Positions 6,429 through 14,716 of a stretch of DNA of 32,000 bases are shown here, piece after piece. The stretch spans positions 1 to 32,000 of the forward strand of contig JAPZAR010000008.1 of NCBI GenBank assembly GCA_027460535.1, in the 5' to 3' direction. The stretch comes from Candidatus Methanoperedens sp. GTDB taxonomy: Archaea > Halobacteriota > Methanosarcinia > Methanosarcinales > Methanoperedenaceae. Each line of letters opens with the position of its first letter. The stretch's first letter is position 1. Under the pieces are notes generated by a model that worked only from the letters and a program-made list of their open reading frames with translations, was not told the DNA's origin and did not search any database. The position numbers were made by a program, and so were the translations under genes.

Positions 6429-8642
6429 ATGGACGAAATACAGCTCACTGTTGCAAAAGCATATCCAAACGATTCGGGAAGAGGGATTGCCCGTCTTGAC
6501 CCGCACACATTGATGGTTCTGCAACTTACCCCTGGCGATGTCATAAAGATGGAGGGGAAGAAGAACACGTCAGCAAAAGTATGGCGTGCAGACCGTATAG
6601 ACTGGGACCAGGATATCATTCGTATTGATGGTTTCATAAGGCAGAATGCAGGTGTGGGCATAGGCGACCGTGTAAAAATTAGTAAAGCGGAAGTAAAGAT
6701 AGCTGATAGGGTAGTACTTGCGCCGCCTGAAGGTACCTCAATACAGTTCGGGGGAGAAGCAGAGGAAATGGTAAAGCGGCAGATAATGAAACGCCCGGTC
6801 ACAAAAGGAGATATTATTCCGGTAATGAGCACAATGGCGCACCCCTTCCTCGGGCGCGTGGTAACAGGTCAGACCATTCCGCTGATCGCGATAGAGGCCG
6901 AGCCAGAAGGAATAATTCTGATCACCGAAAGTACAGAGATCAAACTCAGGGAAAAGCCTGTGGTAGTAGATGTGACCGGGACTGGTATAACATATGAGGA
7001 TATAGGTGGTCTCAGTGACGAGATCCAGCGTCTTCGCGAAATGATCGAGCTTCCCATGAAACATCCTGAGGTATTTGAGAAATTGGGTATCGAATCACCC
7101 AAAGGCGTATTGATGTACGGCCCGCCCGGAACAGGCAAGACCCTGATAGCCAGGGCGGTTGCCAACGAATCCGGAGCAAATTTTTTCTCAATCGCCGGCC
7201 CTGAGATCATGAGCAAGTATTACGGTGAGAGCGAGCAGAGGTTACGTGAGCTGTTCGAGCAGGCCAACAAGGATGCCCCTTCCATTATTTTCATAGATGA
7301 ACTGGATTCCATCGCTCCCAAAAGGGAAGAAGTGACCGGTGAAGTGGAACGCAGGGTTGTTGCCCAGCTTCTGACCATGATGGATGGTCTTGAAGAGAGA
7401 GGCCAGGTTGTTGTGATAGGTGCAACGAACCGGATAGATGCGATCGATCCCGCGCTTCGCCGCCCTGGCCGCTTTGACCGCGAGATAGAAATAGGGGTGC
7501 CAGACAGGATGGAGAGGCTTGAGATCCTCCAGATACACACACGAGGCATGCCGCTTTCGAATGAGGTTAAACTTGAGGAAATTGCCGACAGGACCCATGG
7601 GTTCGTTGGCGCTGACATCTCGGCTCTTGCACGAGAGGCCGCAATGAAAGCTCTTCGGAGATATCTTCCCCAGATAAAACTTGATGAAGCTGTACCGCGG
7701 GAGATACTCAACAGCATGCAGGTTACAGGAAGCGATTTCGAGGAAGCGCTAAAAGATGTTGAACCTTCAGCTATGAGGGAAGTGCTGGTTGAGATCCCAA
7801 GAGTGGTCTGGGATGATGCTGGTGGCCTCGATGAGGCTAAGCAGGAGATAATAGAAGCCGTAGAATGGCCTCTTAAAAACTCTGCGAAGTTTGAAAAAAT
7901 GGGTATCCGTCCACCAAAAGGAATTCTGCTTTACGGTCCACCGGGCACGGGCAAGACTCTTCTTGCCAAGGCTGCTGCGAATGAAAGTTCTGCCAATTTC
8001 ATCAGCATCAGGGGTCCGCAGCTCTTGTCAAAATGGGTGGGAGAATCGGAAAAGGCAGTACGTGAGGTATTCAAAAAAGCGCGCCAGGTTGCACCATGCA
8101 TACTCTTCCTCGATGAACTGGATGCCATCGCTCCCATAAGAGGAGTGGACATGGGTTCTAAGTCTTCGGAACGTGTGGTCAACCAGCTACTGACAGAACT
8201 CGATGGCATTGAAGTCCTGAAGAACGTTGTGGTAATAGCTGCAACGAATAGACCCGAGATAGTCGATCCGGCACTTATCCGCTCCGGAAGATTTGACAGA
8301 TTGGTTTTTGTAGGACCGCCCAGCAGGTCGGGCAGGATCGAAATACTCAATATCCATCTTAAGAATATCCCTCTTTCAGATGATGTGGTAGTAGAAGAAT
8401 TGGCGGATCTTACTGATAATTATGTAGGGGCTGACATAGAATCACTGTGCAGGGAAGCAGTAATGCTGGCACTCCGAGAGAATTTTGATACTGAAAAAGT
8501 TGAGATGAAGCATTTCCGGGACTCATTGAAAAAGGTGAGACCTGCACTGGTTGAGGGTATGTTGGAATATTATGAAAAGCTCCAGGAACAATTCAAGGGT
8601 GGAAAGAAACAGGAACAGAAGTCTTATATAGGATATAGATAA
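6429..8642 (+). CDS. cdc48: Cdc48/VCP/p97-type AAA+ ATPase (two AAA domains plus N-domain)
   Basis: 737 aa. N-domain GRGIARLDP; two Walker A motifs GPPGTGKTL (D1 and D2); Walker B IIFIDELD and ILFLDELD; SRH regions [13 protein letters not shown] and [13 protein letters not shown]. Confidence 0.96.
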   Translation: MDEIQLTVAKAYPNDSGRGIARLDPHTLMVLQLTPGDVIKMEGKKNTSAKVWRADRIDWDQDIIRIDGFIRQNAGVGIGDRVKISKAEVKIADRVVLAPPEGTSIQFGGEAEEMVKRQIMKRPVTKGDIIPVMSTMAHPFLGRVVTGQTIPLIAIEAEPEGIILITESTEIKLREKPVVVDVTGTGITYEDIGGLSDEIQRLREMIELPMKHPEVFEKLGIESPKGVLMYGPPGTGKTLIARAVANESGANFFSIAGPEIMSKYYGESEQRLRELFEQANKDAPSIIFIDELDSIAPKREEVTGEVERRVVAQLLTMMDGLEERGQVVVIGATNRIDAIDPALRRPGRFDREIEIGVPDRMERLEILQIHTRGMPLSNEVKLEEIADRTHGFVGADISALAREAAMKALRRYLPQIKLDEAVPREILNSMQVTGSDFEEALKDVEPSAMREVLVEIPRVVWDDAGGLDEAKQEIIEAVEWPLKNSAKFEKMGIRPPKGILLYGPPGTGKTLLAKAAANESSANFISIRGPQLLSKWVGESEKAVREVFKKARQVAPCILFLDELDAIAPIRGVDMGSKSSERVVNQLLTELDGIEVLKNVVVIAATNRPEIVDPALIRSGRFDRLVFVGPPSRSGRIEILNIHLKNIPLSDDVVVEELADLTDNYVGADIESLCREAVMLALRENFDTEKVEMKHFRDSLKKVRPALVEGMLEYYEKLQEQFKGGKKQEQKSYIGYR

Positions 8643-8661
8643 AAAGAAGACGGGAATTTTT

Positions 8662-8925
8662 ATGGCGAAGATACTTGCAAAAAATCTAGCGAATAAGAGG
8701 GTAATGCTCACTGACGGTTCAGAATTCGGAATTGCCACTAACGTGGTAATGGATACTCAAACCGGGGAACTGATATATCTTGTTGTGAAACCCGGCACCA
8801 TGGTGGATACATCGAAATACAAAACGCAGGATAGTTATGTACTGATACCTTTTGAGGCTGTCAGGGCTGCAAAGGATTACGCAATTGTCGATAAAAAGAT
8901 GATAACCGGCACCGATATGGATTGA
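8662..8925 (+). CDS. PRC-barrel domain protein
   Basis: 87 aa. LANKRVMLTDGSEFGIATNVVMDTQTGELIYLVV...VLIPFEAVRAAKDYAIV is the typical single-domain archaeal PRC-barrel pattern. Confidence 0.7.
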   Translation: MAKILAKNLANKRVMLTDGSEFGIATNVVMDTQTGELIYLVVKPGTMVDTSKYKTQDSYVLIPFEAVRAAKDYAIVDKKMITGTDMD

Positions 8926-8936
8926 TTTTATTTTTT
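8926..8936 (+). terminator. Oligo-T archaeal termination signal
   Basis: TTTTATTTTTT lies immediately after the TGA of the PRC-barrel gene. Confidence 0.4.
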
Positions 8937-8959
8937 GACCGATAGTAGAAGGCAGTGTT

Positions 8960-10336
8960 TTGAGCGGTGAAACAAAGACCACAATAATTTGTTCAACTCA
9001 GGACAGGGCCAGCCAGAATATCAAGACCAATCTATTGGCTCTCAAGAAATGGGAGCAGCTAAAATCTAATACTTTTTCTGTTTTTGAATTCAAGAATTTT
9101 CGGCTCGTAGAGATAAATGAACCTCTAATTCACCAGGACAGGCTTGATAAAAGACTATCCGAATGCGGGTTTCCTGCGAATCTCATAATATTTGCATCCA
9201 AGCACAGGAGCAAAGATGGGCGGGCTATTCTAACTGTTCATTCCACAGGTAACGTTAACGAAGCGAAGTTCGGGGGATCGCTAAAGCAACTTGCCGCCGC
9301 CGCTCCGCAGGCCTTGCGTTCTTTACTCCGGTCACTGAAAGTCCTGGTCGCGAACGAGGATTACGAGGTCACTCTTGAGTGCACGCATCATGGACCGAGT
9401 GACATCGATATGCCTTCTGTGTATATTGAGATAGGAAGTAATGAAGACCAGTGGCTTGATGAAGTGGCAGGCAGAATCGTCGCAAACGCTATCCTGATGC
9501 TGAAAGATGGTGACTCTCCAGTGGCTGTGGGCTTCGGGGGCACACACTACGCTCCCAGACAAACAGCCCTTGTCCTTGAAACCGATATCACTTTCGGGCA
9601 CATATTTCCATCGCATGCGCTTTTCGAACTTGATGAGTATATAATACGAGAGGCTTTTTTGAAATCCAAAGCTGATTTTGCCTATTTTGACAGGAAATCC
9701 ATGAAGGCAGAGCAGCGTGAAAAATTGGCTTCAATAATTGAAGGATTGGGATTTGAGGTGCTAAAAGAAAGCGATATAAGGGATATGGAAGGGGTCCCAT
9801 GGCAATTTTGCAAGCAGCTTCGGCAGAAGGTCAAAGAAGTATGCCCAAATGGCCGCCCTATGATCACAAACGGAATAAAATGCGAAATATCATCCTGCCA
9901 GAACTGCATATGCCCAAAGGTAAAAATCGCCCGCATCAATCCCGACCTTTTATCTGAAGCCGAGAAACTCGATAGAGATAGACTTAAAAAATTTCTTTCA
10001 GACCATAATATCGCCTATATCGAATATGAAGACGGGAGATTTGCCCATGTCATAATCGCTCTGGATAGCAACTGCGCAAGGTTAGTGGCAGAAAAATTAA
10101 AGAACGAATGCATAGATATCCTGAAAAAACATTATGATGTAGGGGTCAATAATGGAATATTACAGATAACAGAAAAGAAGTTCAGCCCGGAGCGCGCAAA
10201 ATCCCTGGGAATGTCCATGGGCCCGCTCTTTGGGAGATTAGCTCAGGGTCAATCTGTGATCATAGATGGAAAAACTATAAATCCAGAAATGGTATATGAA
10301 ATAAATAAAAGAACCATTAAATTAGGTTATGACTGA
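8960..10336 (+). CDS. dtdA: D-aminoacyl-tRNA deacylase, archaeal type (DtdA), with a ~180-aa C-terminal extension
   Basis: 458 aa from a TTG start. Residues 1-275 match DtdA (IIFASKHRSKDGRAILTVHSTGN, ECTHHGPSD, VYIEIGS, GFGGTHYAPR, FGHIFP). Residues 276-458 are an extra Cys-rich region. Confidence 0.85.
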   Translation: MSGETKTTIICSTQDRASQNIKTNLLALKKWEQLKSNTFSVFEFKNFRLVEINEPLIHQDRLDKRLSECGFPANLIIFASKHRSKDGRAILTVHSTGNVNEAKFGGSLKQLAAAAPQALRSLLRSLKVLVANEDYEVTLECTHHGPSDIDMPSVYIEIGSNEDQWLDEVAGRIVANAILMLKDGDSPVAVGFGGTHYAPRQTALVLETDITFGHIFPSHALFELDEYIIREAFLKSKADFAYFDRKSMKAEQREKLASIIEGLGFEVLKESDIRDMEGVPWQFCKQLRQKVKEVCPNGRPMITNGIKCEISSCQNCICPKVKIARINPDLLSEAEKLDRDRLKKFLSDHNIAYIEYEDGRFAHVIIALDSNCARLVAEKLKNECIDILKKHYDVGVNNGILQITEKKFSPERAKSLGMSMGPLFGRLAQGQSVIIDGKTINPEMVYEINKRTIKLGYD

Positions 10337-10346
10337 GGGATGAAAC

Positions 10347-11438
10347 ATGGAATCAATAATATCTGAGGCAATCGCACGGGCCGGAGAATCTAAAATTCCT
10401 TCTGTTGGGGAAACAGACGAGGAACTCCTGGCAATCCTGCAAGAATTAAAGACGAATATCGTGGTAATAGGATGCGGAGGATCGGGATCAAACACAATCC
10501 AGAGAATATCTGAAGAAGGAATACTTGGTGCAGATCTGTATGCGCTCAATACTGATGCCCAGCATCTACTGAACATTAAGGTCAAGAAGAAAGTCCTGAT
10601 CGGCCGGAGCAGGACGAGAGGGCTTGGCGCAGGAAGCATACCGCAGATAGGGCAGGATGCTGCCCAGGAATCCAAAGCCCAGATAGAAAAAGTGATAGGA
10701 AATGCAGATATGGTTTTCGTGACCTGCGGACTTGGCGGTGGAACGGGCACAGGATCAGCACCCGTGGTGGCTGAAGTTGCTCGGGATTCCGGAGCTCTCA
10801 CAATTGCTGTTGTAACATTGCCGTTCTCTGTAGAAGGATCTGTGCGTATGGACAATGCCGAAGCTGGTCTTGAGAGGCTACGCGATGTAGTGGATACAGT
10901 GATCGTTGTTCCCAATGATAAATTACTTGAAGTGGTACCGCATCTTCCACTGCAGGCAGCATTTAAGGTATGCGATGAGGTACTCATGCGCGCCGTCAAG
11001 GGAATAACCGAATTGATCACGAAACCCGGTCTTGTCAATCTCGATTTTGCCGACATAAGAGTCATAATGCAAAAAAGCGGTGTGGCCATGATAGGTCTTG
11101 GCGAAGCCGAAGGCGAGAACAAAGCGATAGAATCCGTCCAGAAAGCACTTAGAAGTCCACTCCTGGACGTAGATGTTTCGGGCGCTACTGCCGCTCTCGT
11201 AAATGTCGTTGGCGGTCCTGATATGACCATTGCTGAAGCAGAAAGCGTGGTGAATGAACTTTACACCCGGATCGATCCCAAGGCAAGGCTGATCTGGGGT
11301 GCCATGGTAGACCCGGAACTTGAGCATGTCATACGGACTATGATAGTAGTTACTGGAGTCAAGTCCCCCCAGATCCTTGGAAGGAACACGCAGGGGAATA
11401 TATCCACAGCTAGATATGGAATTGACCTGGTTAAATAA
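10347..11438 (+). CDS. ftsZ: Cell division GTPase FtsZ
   Basis: 363 aa. Tubulin signature [33 protein letters not shown] and the T7-loop region NLDFADI. Confidence 0.97.
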   Translation: MESIISEAIARAGESKIPSVGETDEELLAILQELKTNIVVIGCGGSGSNTIQRISEEGILGADLYALNTDAQHLLNIKVKKKVLIGRSRTRGLGAGSIPQIGQDAAQESKAQIEKVIGNADMVFVTCGLGGGTGTGSAPVVAEVARDSGALTIAVVTLPFSVEGSVRMDNAEAGLERLRDVVDTVIVVPNDKLLEVVPHLPLQAAFKVCDEVLMRAVKGITELITKPGLVNLDFADIRVIMQKSGVAMIGLGEAEGENKAIESVQKALRSPLLDVDVSGATAALVNVVGGPDMTIAEAESVVNELYTRIDPKARLIWGAMVDPELEHVIRTMIVVTGVKSPQILGRNTQGNISTARYGIDLVK

Positions 11439-11456
11439 GATGCATCGGCCATTTTA

Positions 11457-12212
11457 ATGCATGCGCAGATAAAGGAGATATTTAATTCGATTCAGGGTGA
11501 AGGACTATATGTAGGCGTGCGCCAGGTATTTGTGAGGTTCGAAATGTGCCAGCTGCATTGTGCATATTGCGACACGCCTGAGAGCCGCACGACTTCAGCC
11601 GCCTGCAGCATCGAGGGCACGCCAGGAAAAAGGGATTTTCATTCGTTCAGCAATCCCATGAACAGGGATGATCTTGAGAAAGCAATACGTAAATTATGGT
11701 CCCCTTCAACCAGACACGTATCTTTAACAGGCGGGGAGCCTCTTATCCATTCAGATTTTATCAGGACGCTCAATCTTGAATATCCCTTATACCTTGAGAC
11801 AAATTCCGGTTTTCCGCAAAAGGCCCGGAAATTAAAAGATATTATCGCCATTGCTTCATGCGATATCAAATTGCCTGAACACGACTCAACACAACATTAC
11901 AGCGAGCTGTTGAAGAACGAGCTTGAGACAATATCAATATTTAACGAGACAGCAAAGACCTTCGTGAAAATAGTTGTTCTTCCGGAAACTACAGAACAAT
12001 CGTTAACTTCCGCAGTCGATGGAATTGCCTCGATTGACAATAACATTCCCCTGATACTTCAGCCTGTGACTCAAAAAGCCGAGGGAAGGTATGATCAAAA
12101 CAGCATGGCGAAGACTTCCAGGATGCTGCTTGAGCTGATGGATTTTGCGGGGAAAAAGTTAAAGGATGTGCGTGTCATACCTCAAACGCACACATTTCTG
12201 GGAATGCTCTAA
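11457..12212 (+). CDS. queE: 7-carboxy-7-deazaguanine synthase (radical SAM, QueE)
   Basis: 251 aa. EIFNSIQGEGLYVGVRQVFVRF followed by the cluster motif CQLHCAYCDTPES, and LTGGEPL. These are typical of archaeal QueE in the archaeosine pathway. Confidence 0.8.
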   Translation: MHAQIKEIFNSIQGEGLYVGVRQVFVRFEMCQLHCAYCDTPESRTTSAACSIEGTPGKRDFHSFSNPMNRDDLEKAIRKLWSPSTRHVSLTGGEPLIHSDFIRTLNLEYPLYLETNSGFPQKARKLKDIIAIASCDIKLPEHDSTQHYSELLKNELETISIFNETAKTFVKIVVLPETTEQSLTSAVDGIASIDNNIPLILQPVTQKAEGRYDQNSMAKTSRMLLELMDFAGKKLKDVRVIPQTHTFLGML

Positions 12213-12700
12213 TGAAGTGTTGCAGCTGCCAGGTTCAGCACCGAATTGGAATCGTTAGATGATCCAACTATTATCATTGAATCAACGTTTGCCCATATTA
12301 CAGTGAAAGTCATTAATTGCTTCCCATTTTTTGTTTCATAATCTTTAACTTTTGTGGCATTATGGCCGTTGAATAAAACTTCCTCAAAAGGATCGTACTT
12401 TGCATTTTTGTATGTCTGCTTGTACTGATCGACAAGAAAGCTGGGCTGATCGTTTTTTATGACCTGAATATAAATGTCTTCATTATTATTTCTATAAACA
12501 CCTTCAGTAGCATTCATCGATGATCCCCCGATGTCCACTGTAGCTTCATGGATGCCCATAAAAGTAAAACCTGAAGGTAAGTTCTTTTGCGGAATAACCT
12601 GAGATTGTGGAGTTACCTGCGTCGGTTTACTGAAAATACATCCCGAAATAAGAATTGCTGGAACGATTAAGATAAGGAATAATATACTTTTATTTGACAT
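12209..12700 (-). CDS. Putative lipoprotein of unknown function
   Basis: From the Met at 12700 (AAGGAG-like RBS upstream) the protein reads MSNKSILFLILIVPAILISGCIF, a signal peptide with a lipobox-like ISGC. The remainder is unassigned. Confidence 0.6.
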   Translation of the reverse strand: MSNKSILFLILIVPAILISGCIFSKPTQVTPQSQVIPQKNLPSGFTFMGIHEATVDIGGSSMNATEGVYRNNNEDIYIQVIKNDQPSFLVDQYKQTYKNAKYDPFEEVLFNGHNATKVKDYETKNGKQLMTFTVIWANVDSMIIVGSSNDSNSVLNLAAATLH

Positions 12701-12838
12701 ACTATTGTCTCCTTTCCTTCTAATACCCATCGGACTTAAAAAGGTAACGGTTACTACGAATTCAATTGAAGTTAAAGCAAGCTTATATATTCAATGTTTA
12801 TATTTTATATTGTAATGGAAATTTTCTTTAAATATGAC

Positions 12839-13522
12839 ATGAAAAAACTGGTTTTTCTTGCTATAACAGTCCTATTCATATTTGTTTCAGGCTGCATCGG
12901 GTTTGATAAGAATCCAACACCCGGTACTCCCGATATGTCATCTCCAACTGAAACTTCCAGCACCATAACTCAGATTGCGGACGTATCCAACAGTGAAGTT
13001 GGAGGGGGCACACCTCAAACAAGAATAAATCAGAGTGATTTGCTGATAGACAGGATAGCCGAGAACCTGACCATTATTTATAATAAAAAATGGTATGCTC
13101 TTTATCAGGAAGATGAACTTGACTGTTCAAGGATGTCCACGTACCTGTGGAATTACATCAGGAGCAATTACCATGTAGCGCCGAAAATAGTTGCTTCATA
13201 TCAAAGGCAGCATGCATGGTTAGCTCTGAAGGTCAGCGATGTGGGTAATTCATCTGAGTACAGGCACTGGAATATTAAAGGAACAGATTATTATTATCTG
13301 GAAGCCACAATACCAAAACTCGTTTTGGATGATAACCAGAGGTTCATAGTAAACGACCAGGAATACACCTCCGCAGAGTTCTATAATGCTACAGTTTATT
13401 TTTTTGATACGCCGCAGGATGCAAATGATTTCCATGCTGACAATTCATGGCTTGGTGGATGGAACCAGGAGTTCAGGTTGAAAAAAGATGATATTGATAA
13501 GATTGAAACGTTGATGAAATAA
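12839..13522 (+). CDS. Putative lipoprotein with a transglutaminase-like Cys-His-acid motif arrangement
   Basis: From the Met at 12839 the protein reads MKKLVFLAITVLFIFVSGCIGF (lipobox-like VSGC), followed by a Thr/Ser/Pro linker. It then has DCSRMSTYLW ... QHAWLALKV ... YYLEAT, spaced like a papain/transglutaminase-type triad. Confidence 0.5.
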   Translation: MKKLVFLAITVLFIFVSGCIGFDKNPTPGTPDMSSPTETSSTITQIADVSNSEVGGGTPQTRINQSDLLIDRIAENLTIIYNKKWYALYQEDELDCSRMSTYLWNYIRSNYHVAPKIVASYQRQHAWLALKVSDVGNSSEYRHWNIKGTDYYYLEATIPKLVLDDNQRFIVNDQEYTSAEFYNATVYFFDTPQDANDFHADNSWLGGWNQEFRLKKDDIDKIETLMK

Positions 13523-13527
13523 TAGTA

Positions 13528-13533
13528 TTTTTT
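13528..13533 (+). terminator. Oligo-T termination signal
   Basis: TTTTTT begins 6 nt after the TAA of the 12839-13522 gene. Confidence 0.35.
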
Positions 13534-13591
13534 GCCTGTAAAGCCTTATTAATGATAAATACCAACATTATACCGTGGAGGTTACATCGAT

Positions 13592-13861
13592 ATGTTGTTC
13601 ATGGACATCTGGACATGGGAACCAGAAAATAGGCGCGAAGTTGAAAAAAGATGGAGTGAATTCAAATATCCTGAAGAGCTGAAGGTCGCAGGCGAGTGGC
13701 TCGATCTCACGGGAAATCGCATATTTGTCCTGTATGAGGTTGACGACCCCAAAGCCATGCTGGCAGCCAATGATATGTGGCTGGATATCGCGAAGGTTGA
13801 TTCTGTCCCGGTGATGGAAGCGAAAGAAGTGGCGAAGATATATGCGGAGAAGATGGGATAA
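13592..13861 (+). CDS. DUF3303-like small protein
   Basis: 89 aa. MLFMDIWTWEP...IFVLYEVDDPKAMLAANDMWLDIAKVDSVPVMEAKE follows the DUF3303 pattern (MLFM start, W.D, VPV). A GGAGGT RBS lies upstream. Confidence 0.55.
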   Translation: MLFMDIWTWEPENRREVEKRWSEFKYPEELKVAGEWLDLTGNRIFVLYEVDDPKAMLAANDMWLDIAKVDSVPVMEAKEVAKIYAEKMG

Positions 13862-13910
13862 GGATATTATACCTTATCCTATAGGAGTCTCTGCAAATTG
13901 ATTGCACTCC
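13857..13910. terminator. Two hairpins between convergent genes; possible bidirectional terminator
   Basis: GATAAGG/CCTTATC (13857-13863/13872-13878) is a perfect 7-bp stem overlapping the TAA. GGAGT..GCAA/TTGC-ACTCC (13884-13910) forms 9 bp with a 4-nt bulge. Confidence 0.3.
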
Positions 13911-13916
13911 CGAAAA

Positions 13917-14705
13917 TTATTTTTTGCCTATGTAGTACAAACGAATAAAATCCACCTTTATTTTCCCATCTTTTGACTGTCTCTCAATCTCTTCCTTCAC
14001 ACCATTATTAAAACTGGTGATATAATCATCATCAATATCAATGTCGTAGTATTCTCTTCCAGTATATCCATTCGCAGTGCTTGAAAGATATATGTTGAAT
14101 GCATCTTCTGTTGAATAGTAAGTTTCCTCATACTCTACTTCAATTAAAACAGTAGAGAAACCCTGTCCTTCAAAAAAGAGCTTATAGTCATTCTTGGTTG
14201 GAAGGCGAAACCACGGGTCTCTCCAGTGAGAAAAGATAGGTTTAATCTTTTCATTCTGCACAACTTCAGATATAATTCTATCACTCCATGGCACCCAGTT
14301 ATAGGTTCCAGGACAGGCAAGCCCCAATCTACCGGATTTCTTCAATGATCTGAAAATTGCTTTTATTGCCTTGGCCGGATCCCTGAACCACGGCAGTGCA
14401 GAATTACAGAAGGCAATGTCGAATTCGTTATTGTAATCCAAATCTTCAGCCGCGATTTGCCTGAATTCTATCCCCGGATACAATGCTCTAGCCTGTTTAA
14501 TCATGCCATCAGAAATGTCTATACCTATTACTTTTCCGCTTGTGACTTTACTGAGCAAATTCGTAATATGCCCCGGTCCGCAGGCAACATCAATAGCGCT
14601 ATCTGTACTCCCGACTTTTAAGAGATCAAGCAGTTTCAGTGCTGCTTTTTGCTGAACCAGTGATTTTTCTTTATATTGACCTGATATATTATCGAAAGTG
14701 GTCAT
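13917..14705 (-). CDS. Class I SAM-dependent methyltransferase
   Basis: 262 aa. Motif I AIDVACGPGHIT, post-I GIDISDGMI and motif II/III FDIAFCNSALPW...LKKSGRL. The substrate cannot be told from sequence. Confidence 0.8.
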   Translation of the reverse strand: MTTFDNISGQYKEKSLVQQKAALKLLDLLKVGSTDSAIDVACGPGHITNLLSKVTSGKVIGIDISDGMIKQARALYPGIEFRQIAAEDLDYNNEFDIAFCNSALPWFRDPAKAIKAIFRSLKKSGRLGLACPGTYNWVPWSDRIISEVVQNEKIKPIFSHWRDPWFRLPTKNDYKLFFEGQGFSTVLIEVEYEETYYSTEDAFNIYLSSTANGYTGREYYDIDIDDDYITSFNNGVKEEIERQSKDGKIKVDFIRLYYIGKK

Positions 14706-14716
14706 GTTAAGCTACC

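Noticed and set aside
10322-11230. 302-aa ORF antisense to ftsZ, with similar long antisense ORFs in cdc48 (for example 7220-7717 and 7931-8350) and gyrB (19044-19589)
   Set aside because: These are shadow ORFs opposite strongly supported genes. Their translations are Ser/Pro/Ala/Thr-rich and low-complexity, with no motifs.
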